Below, in pieces: positions 1-8,811 of a DNA stretch of 20,000 nt. Location of the stretch: NCBI GenBank assembly GCA_943704415.1, contig CALSCO010000711.1:50304-70303 (forward strand). Direction: 5' to 3'. The position numbers and the translations under genes are program-made. The DNA is from Parvularia atlantis (Eukaryota). Below the pieces are notes generated by a model, which saw only the letters and a program-made list of their open reading frames with translations, was not told where the DNA came from and did not search any database. Position 1 is the first letter of the stretch, and each line of letters begins with the position of its first letter.

Positions 1-338
1 AGTCGAGGTGGATGCGCTCGGCCGGATCGAGCTGCACCGCGCACCGTCAGCGCCAGGCGCGCCGTCCATGCGCGCAACGCCACCGGCAGACGGCGCCCGA
101 GGAACGGGCCCCCGCGGAAGCCGCCGGCAAACGATCCGTTGCCTTTCGCGCGATGCGCGGCGTGAGGCACACGGCGCGGATGGGCGGCGAGGGGGTGCGG
201 CGTACCGGCGTGCAGCGGGATCTGCTGCGCGTAGATCCACTCGATGATGCTTGCGCGCTGCTTGGCGATCGTGTCGAGTGCGTCCATCAGGTCGAGCGCG
301 GCGATGGCGAAGAACACGACGGTCATGCTGCCGCGTGC

Positions 339-409
<71 letters not shown>

Positions 410-578
410 GCTCAGCACGCGCCCGTGCCTCGCCCGCCCGCCCGCGCGCGCACCGATTGACCTCGGAGCTCGTGGCGTGCGCGGGCAGCATGCGCAGCGT
501 GTACTTGAAGAAGGTCGCGTGGCGCTGCTTCTCGAGCACGGGCGCCGCATGAGCCGCGTCGGCGTCGGCTGTGTCCAT
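1..578 (-). CDS. PGGT1B: Geranylgeranyltransferase type-I beta subunit (5' portion; gene continues beyond the left edge)
   Basis: Exons 578-454, 327-206, 142-84 and 31-1 splice via GT-AG introns to MDTADADAAHAAPVLEKQRHATFFKYTLRMLPAHATSSEVNR/MTVVFFAIAALDLMDALDTIAKQRASIIEWIYAQQIPLHA/GNGSFAGGFRGGPFLG..., matching remembered GGTase-I beta N-terminal motifs (RH..FF...L..LP, FFA...LD, IIEWIY..Q, GFRG). Confidence 0.9.
339..409. repeat. (GCGT)17 tetranucleotide microsatellite inside PGGT1B intron 1
   Basis: 17 perfect GCGT units at 339-406 plus a partial unit, read directly from the sequence. Confidence 0.97.
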
Positions 579-604
579 CACAGTTGGCAATTTCGGCGTG
601 CCTG

Positions 605-3403
605 ATGGGCATCATCACGTACAAGTTCAAGGCGGAGGTCGCCGAGGACACGCTCACGTTTGACGGCTTCGGCCTCAAGCTGTCGGAGCTGAAGCGCCAG
701 GTGCCGCCGCGCGCCGTCACCGTGCAAGCGCGCCTCACGCGCGCGGCCGCGCAGATATTCCTCAAGAAGAAGTTTGGCAAGGAGCAGGACCTCGACTTCA
801 AGATCACCAATGCCGCGACCAACGACGGTGCGGCGAGACGCGCGCCGTCTTCGCCCCGCGCCGCGCTCAGCAGCCGCGCGCAGAGTACACGGACGAGGAA
901 CAGATCGTGCCGCGCAACACGACGGTCGTGGTGCAGCGTGTGCCGGCGGGGCCGCTGGGCGGGATCAAGCGCTACCTCGACGCGGCAACGTGCGCTCCAT
1001 GTTCTCTTTCGCCGGCGCACGACGCTTAACTGGCGCTGTCCGCCCCGCCAGCGCCGAGACGGCCTCGGCCGGCATGCAGAAGGTGCCGACGCACACGCGG
1101 CCGTGCACGCGGCTGACGCGCCCCCGTCGCGCAGTTCTCGTCCGCCTTTGCCGAGAGCGTCGTGAGTATCTCGAACCGCAACGCGTCTGAGCAGGAGCGC
1201 CTAAGCGAGATGCAGAAGATGCAGGCGCTCGAGCTGTCGGTCATGTGCGTCGCGCGCACGAGAGAGAGGACGCACGCGCGCACACGCTAACCCCGGCTGC
1301 GCCCGCCGCAGGTCCACCCAGCCAATGCCGCGCTCAAACTACGGCCAACGCGCCGTGCCGCCCGACTCGTACGTGTGCTACCGCTGCAACCTCAAGGGTG
1401 CGCACGCCGTGTCCGCGCACGTGCGTGGAGGAGCGCCTGAGCGTGGCGCGCGCGCAGGCCACTACAACCGCGACTGCCCGTACGCCAAGGATCTGCTCAT
1501 GAACCGGCCGAACGCGCTCGCGGAGAGGTTCGCGCGCGCGTGCGCCTGTGTGGTCCTGACGTGTGTGCGCCCCCCCTACAGCCAGCTGTTCCGCCCGGGG
1601 CTGTCTGCCGTGGTCAACCTGGACGACCTGCCGCACCCGGAGGGCCTGCGGTGCCCGATCGACCACCGGCTGTACGACAACGCCTCGTCGGTGCCGTGTT
1701 GCAAGAGCAACTTCTGTGATCATTGTAAGCCCGCGCCCGCACCCGTCTGCCTCCCCTCCCGGCCAAACGCCCTCTTTGCCCTGCCCCGCCCCGCCCTGCC
1801 CTGCCCTGCGCTCGCGTTTGCGTGTACGCGATCTCTTTTTCTCCCGCTTCAGACCTGCTGCATCTGCCGCGCGCGTGGGCGGCGACAGACGTACCGCAGG
1901 TGCCGACGGGAGACAGCCGAGCCGCGGGCAAGTCAGCGCCGTGGCCTCCCTCGCTGTCTAACCGCTTCCGCTGTTCCCGCTTGACGACGTGCGAGACGCC
2001 GCGCCACCTGTCTGACCGTGCGCGGCAAGGCATTCGTGACCACCTGGCCAAGAACGGCTTTCGATGCTTCGCCTGCTCAGCCGCGATCAAGATGGACGAC
2101 GTCGAGCCGAACCAGCAACTGCGAACGGCACGCGTCTTGGCGGCATGCGGTGGGCGTGCAGGCTGCTGACCTTGTCGCGCAGATGGTCACCGACTACCGG
2201 CGGCGCAAGATGGAGGAGATCCAGCGCGCACGCATGACCAAGACCGAGACTAAGGTGCGCCAGAGCCCGCCATGCAGCGGACGGCTCACGCCGTGCCTTC
2301 CAGGATGAGCCCGCGCCGCAGCCGAAGCCCGTGATCACCGTCGGCGCGCCACGACCGGTCATCACGATCGGCACACCGCTGCCCAACGCGGTCGCCGAGC
2401 CGCGGCCGGTCATCTCTATGGGTGCGCCTCGGCCGGCCATCACGATTGGCAGGCCGTCTGCTGCAATCGCGCGGCCAGTCGTTGCTGCGACTGCCGGCAT
2501 CAGTGCGCGCCCGGCGCCCACGGCCGTCAAGATTTCGGGCGCGATCTCGATGGGCGCGCCCCTGCCCGCGCCGGCTGTTTCGCTCGCCCCGGCCGCTGTG
2601 CCTGTGCCTCCGGCCGCGGCCGGGGCGATCAGCGTCAGCGCGCCCGCCAAGCCGGCGGAGGTGCTCGTCGATCGTGCGTTGCGCACGTCCGCCGCTGCGT
2701 GCGCTCGCTGACCGCCTGATTGTGCAGCGGTCAACGCCAAGGATCTGCCGTCCGTGCTTGACCCCTCGCTTGTCGACCCGGCCATCATGCAGGCCCTACC
2801 GCCGCTGTCCTCGGGCCCGCTCCTGCCGTTGGTGCAGGACCTGTACACTGGATATGGCGAGTACTACGTTGGTGCGTGCTGGCTGTAAAGCACGCACGCG
2901 CGCGTACTGAGACCCTTGCACTCGCGTCAGGCATGCCGATGCACATGATGATGTCGATGCTGCCGATGCCGGTGCGCCGCCGCCGCGGGGCTTGGCAGTG
3001 CTCTGTGCTGATGCGGCGCCCGCGCAGATGCCGTACCAAAACAGCTCGTTCTACGGGCCCGTGCTCCCGCAGCTGCAGCGGCCGCCCGAGCACCGCGACG
3101 ACCGCGATCATGACCGCGAACGCGACCGTGACCGCGACAAGGGCCGCGAACGCGACCGTGACAAGGACCGCGACCGCGACCGCGACAGGAGGCGGGACAA
3201 GGACAAGAGCCGCGACAAGGAGCGCGAGCGTGACCGTGATCGTGACCGTGATCGTGACCGTGGGCGCGACAAGGAGCGCGACAAGAAAGACCGCAGCCGC
3301 GACCGCAGCCGCGACCGCAGCCGCGACAGCAAGCGCGGCAAGGAGCGCGACGGCAAGGACCGCCGACGCAGCCGCAGCCGCAGCCGCAGCCCTAGCCGCT
3401 CGC

Positions 3404-3434
<31 letters not shown>

Positions 3435-3735
3435 CCACCACCGCCACCGCCACCGGTCGCGCAGCCACAGCAGCGAGAGCGAGCCCGAGGCCGCCGCACC
3501 CGCCGCACCCGTACCCGCGGCCGCGCCCGCGTTGCGTGCCGCGAGCCCCGAGCCGTCGCGCGCCCCGGCGCCGGACGACATCACAGTGTCTGTGCGCAGG
3601 GATCGGCAGCGCACGGTGAGCAGCAGCAGACCGGTCGCAGAGCGCGCGGCGTCGAACGGCGCGCCGCCGCCGCAGCCACCATCGAGTGCGGCCGACGAGC
3701 CCGAAGGCGAAGACGTTGTAGCTATCTACGACTGA
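605..3735 (+). CDS. RBBP6: RBBP6/Mpe1-like protein: DWNN ubiquitin-like domain, zinc knuckle, RING/U-box-like domain, Pro-rich region and RD/RS-rich tail (about 14 exons)
   Basis: Spliced product: MGIITYKFK...LSELKRQIFLKKKFGKEQDLDFKITNAATNDEYTDEEQIVPRNTTVVVQRVP (DWNN); YVCYRCNLKGHYNRDCP (CCHC knuckle); LRCPIDHRLYDNASSVPCCKSNFCDHCIRDHLAKNGFRCFAC (RING); RDRDRD/RSRSRS tail; stop TGA at 3733-3735. Confidence 0.93.
3091..3470 (+). repeat. Low-complexity coding repeats (Arg-Asp and Arg-Ser dipeptides, Q9 tract, His-Arg) in the last RBBP6 exon
   Basis: CGCGAC/CGTGAC hexamers, CGCAGC hexamers, and CAA(CAG)8 at 3406-3432. Confidence 0.9.
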
Positions 3736-3765
3736 TGTCATTAAAGCATGCTGGCGCATTTCCAA

Positions 3766-4897
3766 ATGTCGTCGGTCCAGGTTCGGCCTGGGCGTCTGTC
3801 GTTCAAGGGCGGGTGCGCACGGACCGCCGCGGCCAGGCGCGCACGCCGGCTGAGCGTGTGTGTGGCGCGCAGCGAGCCGGCGGCGGCTGCCAAGGCCAAG
3901 GGCACGAAGCGAAAGGCCGACAAGGTCGAGGAGGTCACGGACGGTGCACCGCGGGCGCGTCCCTGGCAGGCGACTGACGGGCGGCGGCGCGCGCCGGCAG
4001 TGTGGGTGCGGGTCGAGTCGCTCGCAGACTTCTCTGGGCCGCTGTTTGTGTGCATCGCGGGCGGGGCCAAGTGCGTCGCGGTGTGTGCAGGCGGACAAAC
4101 AGGCCAGCGACAACACTGCTGACGCGCCAGGCGCGCCAGAGCACCGAGGGCAACGAGGTCAAGCTCGTCAACACGCCCAAGACGCCCGAGGGCAAGGACG
4201 AGCCGGACGCGGTCGGTGCGCAGGCGGCGCGGCGCCCCCCTCGCCGCCGCAGCCGCGGCTGAGCGGCGCGCAGGCCAGGTGTTTGTGGCGCACCAGCTGC
4301 TGCCGGGCGTGGTCTCGCTCAAGTCGGCCCACGGACGGTACCTGAGCTCGGACAAGTTTGGCATCGTGTCGCTCGCGCGCGAGGCGGTGGGCCCGCAGGT
4401 GCGGCGTCGCGCGCTGGTCGGACACGGCCGACGTGCGTGTGCGCGCACTAGGAAGAGTGGACGGTTGTGCTGCGCGAGGACGGCGTCGCGTTCCAGAGCA
4501 AGTACGACAAGTTCCTCATGGCCGAGGAGGAGCGCGGCGGCCTGCGCGCCGACAGCGAGCACGTCGGCTTCGCCGAGACCTTCCTGGTCAAGTGCCAGGC
4601 CGCGCGCCGGCTCGAGCTGCGCAAAAAGCAGCAGGCCAAGGAGGAGAAGGCGGCGCGCGACCTCGAGCTCGAGACAGTGTGCGTGGCGCGTGCGAGGATG
4701 CACCGGGGTGCGCGTGCGCGTGACGCCCCGCCCGACCGCGACCGCGCAGCAAGAAGTTCCAGGCGTGGGGCGGCGGGCGCGTGCACATGACCAAGGAGGA
4801 CGAGGAGGAGCTGAAGCGGGCGCGGACCGAGGGCCAGCTGAACGAGCTGCTGCTGGACCGGCGCGCCAAGATGAAGTCTGACAAGCACTGCAAGTGA
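3766..4897 (+). CDS. FRG1: FRG1-like protein (fascin-like beta-trefoil, spliceosome-associated); 7 exons
   Basis: Spliced product: MSSVQVRPGRLSFKGGE...VSLKSAHGRYLSSDKFGIVSLAREAVGPQEEWTVV...VAFQSKYDKFL...VKKFQAWGG...ELKRARTEGQLNELLLDRRAKMKSDKHCK*, carrying the characteristic FRG1 motifs and C-terminus. Confidence 0.95.
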
Positions 4898-5176
4898 GCA
4901 CGTGTCCTGCAGGGGGGGTGCGGTTGCGTCAGCAGCCGGGTCGACCAGGCAAAGACAGGACGATTTAGGGCCTATTACAGAGGGGACTCGAAAGTCTTTG
5001 TTTTCTCTGCTCGTCCCGCCCCCGACACCACCCGACCGCGCGCCCCACCGCGCGCGACCGAGCCGTCAGGACCCGCGGCGACGAGACCAACGGAAGGGTC
5101 ACCGCACTCTCGCGCCATCTCAGCAGCCCGCTGAGGGGGACCGCCCCGTCCACCGACCGCCCCGAGCGAGGCCAGA

Positions 5177-5726
5177 ATGCCCGTCGGCGCGCCCGGCCCG
5201 CCGCGCCAGCCGCGTGCGGCGCCAAGGGAGCCCCGCGCCCCGAGCGCGACGGACGGCCTGCGGGCCGGCCACTTGAGCGAGCCTAGCCTCTCGCTGCAGT
5301 GGTCGCGCCTCGTGGGCCTGCTCCGTCAGCAGGAGGAGCGTGCGTGCCCCCTCGCGCCGTCTCCGACTGTGCAGGCAGGCTGCGCGTGCCCGCAGGACCC
5401 GGCCGCGTTCGCTCGGACGCGCGTCGTGGCGGGCGGCCTGCAGGAGTGCTACATCGAGCTTGAAAAAAAGTGCGTGCCGCCCCGCGCACGCACGTCTCAC
5501 ACGCGTTTCGAAGCAAGGCAGACCGCCGCGTTGGAGAAGGCTTCCTTCGCGGCCGCGGTCTCGGCGCGTGCGTTCGGCAACGGACGTGCGAGCCGGTTCC
5601 ATGGCACCCACACCCGGCCCCCGCGGCGGGCCGCGTCGTCGTCTGGTCGTCTGCAGGTGCGCGAACGCCTCGCCTTTCGTTGTTGTTCTGACCGCGGCCG
5701 AGCGCGCTCGGCGCGACACAACGCAG
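5177..5726 (+). other. Possible spliced orphan gene or non-coding transcript (boundaries uncertain)
   Basis: Intron-like segments at 5470-5517 (GTGCGT...CTCAC...AAG) and 5657-5726 (GTGCGC...CTGAC...CAG). Splicing the first gives LQECYIELEKKQTAALEKASFAAAVSARAFG; no family recognised. Confidence 0.3.
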
Positions 5727-6162
5727 CAATGTCGACGGCCGGTCGCGCGCGGCTGCGGCCCCGAGGGCCACCGTGGTCGTTCCCAACAAGCCTCCACGCG
5801 ATCACCTGCATGCGGGTGCGTGAGGCCCGTGCGGGGCCGCGTTTTTGTCGTCGCGCCGTGTCCGCGCCTCTGGACCTTTGCCTCGTGCTCTTCTGCTCGA
5901 CCGTCTGCCGCGCGCCTGCGCCCCCTGTGCCGATCTGCGGGTCGGTGCGGTGCGGGGCGGGCGTCGCCGGCGGGCGCCAAGGGCGAGGGCGCGGGCATCG
6001 GCGCCGGGGGGCGTCGGGCGCGTGCGGGGCGACGGCGGCTCTGCGCGGGACTGTGGAAGGGAGGGGCCACATCCCTGGCTGTGTCGAGCCCACCCCACCC
6101 ATGAGTGAGCACGGCAGCCTGTGTTGTGTCTGCCCCCCCAAGCGCGAAGCTGTCAGTTCCAC

Positions 6163-8751
6163 ATGCTCAGGCGCCTGCTGCGCCGCATCCGACGCACGAT
6201 GTCCATGACGGCCGATGCCCAACTGCAGGACGCGCGCGACGACGCCTTCTTCCGCGGCACGGCGCTACCGGGCCCGCGTGCGCGCGCGCTCAAGTCGGTC
6301 GCTGAGATGCGCCGCTGGACGGCCGCAGCCGACGACCCGCCGCGCGCGACGGTCGCGCCGCTGCAGCCGCGTGCGCGCGATGCCGACGGTGCGTGCGCCT
6401 TCGTGCGCCTGTCCCGTGCGCCCACGCCGCCGTGCGCACAGCCCCGCGCGTCATCCTCTGCCACGACATGATGGGCAACTTCCTGGCCGACGCGGCGCAC
6501 CAGACCGACCTCTCGCCGTTGCGTCCGTCATCGCTCGTTTGTTGTCGACGCCGCTCAACCCGCCCGACGCACCAACGCAGGGTGCAGCACTTCACGTTCC
6601 ACTACTGGCACATCGTCGACGTCTTCATCTACTTTAGCCACGACCGCTGCGCCATCCCGCCGCCGCAGTGGATCGACACGGCGCACCGGCACGGCGTGCA
6701 GGCGAGCGCGCACGACACACGCACACGTGCAGCATCGCACTCACCCTCAAAGCCGCGCCCAGGTCCTCGGCACGTTCATCACCGAATGGGACGACGGCAA
6801 GAAGGACAACCGCGCCGTGCTCGAGCGCGACCCGGTCACGGGCCGCTTCGTCATGATCCAGCCGTTTGGTGCGGGCGACGGCACAACGCGCGCCGCGGCT
6901 TGACGCCGCCGCCAGTCGACATCATGCTGCATTACCAGTTTGACGGCTGGTTCTTCAACGTCGAGAGCGCTCTCGACTCGGCTGAGCAGGTGCGCTGCGA
7001 CCGACCGCCCGCTCGCCCGCCACAGGCCCTCACACGGCGTCCACCAAAGGCCGAGGAGCTCGCGATCTTCCTGGGCGAGCTGCGCGAGGCGATGCATGCG
7101 GCCGCGCCCGGGTCGCTGCTCGTCTGGTGCGTCGCCGTGCGCACAACGGTGCCGCGCTGCGCCCGTGCTCACCAGCCCGCTGGCCCGCCTCCAGGTACGA
7201 CAGCGTCACCAGTGACGGCCGCCTCGCATGGCAGAACGAGCTCAACTTCCGCAACAAGGTCTTCTTCGACAACACCGACGCCATCTTCACCAACTACACG
7301 TGGAAGGCGCACCAGCCGGCGAGCTCGGCCGGTGCGCGGGCGCGGGCAGCTGGGCGCGGGCGGCTGGGCGTGCGCGCCTGACACACTGTCGCCTCGCAAG
7401 AAACCGCGGGGGCGCGCAGGCGCGACGTCTACTGCGGCATCGACTGCTTTGGCCGCAACACGTTTGGCGGTGGCGGCTTCGACGCGTGGAAGGCACGTGC
7501 GCGCGCGCGCTGCCGACCTTGCCCCGTCTCAGACGGCGCGCGCAGGCCGTCGACGTGTGCGTCAAGGCGAGGACGTCTGTTGCCGTGTTTGCGCCCGGCT
7601 GGACGTGGGAGGTCGTGTCTGACAAGGGCAGACTTGACTTTTTCGGCGTGACGCAGCGGCTCTGGGTCGCCGCTACGGGTGTGTGCGGCGTCTCTGTCGC
7701 AGGCACACGCGGTTCACGTCGCTGGCAGAGTCGATCGGGGCCTTGCTCGCGCCCCACAGCGCCCCGGGCACGTCCGAGTTCTTCACCAACTTTTGCCGCG
7801 GCACAGGCGCACGCTTCTTCCGAGCGGGCAGGGCCGTGCACGAGGGTGTGTGCACTGCTTGTTGCCGTGCGCGCGTGGCTGACGTGCGTGGGTGCAGGCC
7901 GCTGGTGCCACCTGGCGCTGCAGCAGCCGCAGCCCAGCTGGCCGGCGCGCCTGCGTCTGCACGAGTCGCCCGAGGGCGTCGACTTGGCCCTGCCCTGGCA
8001 CGCGCTGCTGTCAGACGAGGTGCGCGGTGGCTGTGGCGGTGGTGCATGCAGCAGCTGAGGGGTCGCGCGGCGCAGGACGCGTTCGAGGGAGGCCAGAGCC
8101 TGCAGCTGCGCGTCGGTGCCGCGGCCGGCACCGAGGCCATCGTCGCGCCGCTGTTCAAGCTGCAGCACACGGTCGCCGCGGTGCAACGCGTACGCGGCCG
8201 AAGCAATTGCTGACGGCGCCGGTGCAGGGCACGTGGCTCGTCGCGACCGTGCGCGCGGAGGGCACCATCGCGGCTGCCCTGCGTCTCACGGTGGACGGCG
8301 CGCCCGGCCCGCTGCTTTTTGGCGTCAAAGGCGCGGTAGACGGCGCCGCGGAGCCGTCGCAGAGCACCGCTGAAAACGGCGTGTGGCGCACGCTCGCGTT
8401 TGACGCGGGCGTTGCCGGCGTCGCCACCGAGCTGGCGGTCGTCATCCACCCGAGCGGCGCGCCGGGCACGCTGCACATCGGCCGCATCCAGGTGCGCGCC
8501 GAGGCCCGCCGCGTAACGACGGCCGACGCTGAGTGCGCGCGCAGCTGGGCCCGCACAAGCACTTTGCCGCCGAACGTGAGCGGCCGTCTGCCTCGCTCGA
8601 CGCTGCACGCACGCGCGTAACGTGGGCGGGCGACGGCACGGGCGGGCACGTCTTTGTGAACGACCGGTGGGCGGGCTTCACGATGGCCGAGCACTTTGTG
8701 CTGACCGCGCCCGTGGCCAACGATGCGACCGTGCGCGTTGTCGCACCGTGA
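6163..8751 (+). CDS. ENGASE: Endo-beta-N-acetylglucosaminidase, glycoside hydrolase family 85 (about 14 exons)
   Basis: Spliced motifs ILCHDMMGNF, WHIVDVFIYFSH, IPPPQWIDTAHRHGVQVLGTFITEW, YQFDGWFFNVE (catalytic N-x-E), LVWYDSVTSDGRLAWQNELN, IFTNYTW, VYCGIDCFGR, SVAVFAPGW. Start could be 6163, 6199 or 6205. Confidence 0.95.
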
Positions 8752-8811
8752 TGCTCTTGTGTTGTTCTCTCGCATGAAGACTCAGTGTGCACACAACTCG
8801 TGCGGCCGTCG

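Noticed and set aside
339..409. Tandem repeat as a CRISPR array or coding ACVR repeat
   Set aside because: It is a simple 4-nt microsatellite with no spacers, lying inside an intron.
1648..1665. RING second ligand is Asp (CPID) instead of Cys
   Set aside because: From memory, similar substitutions occur in fungal Mpe1 RING/U-box-like domains, so this is not evidence of inactivation or novelty.
3108..3614. Minus-strand poly-Cys/SR ORF
   Set aside because: It is the antisense reading of the RBBP6 CAG and RD/RS repeats.
4964..4970. TTTAGGG as a telomeric repeat or telomerase RNA template
   Set aside because: It is a single copy, without the roughly 1.5-repeat permutation expected of a template.
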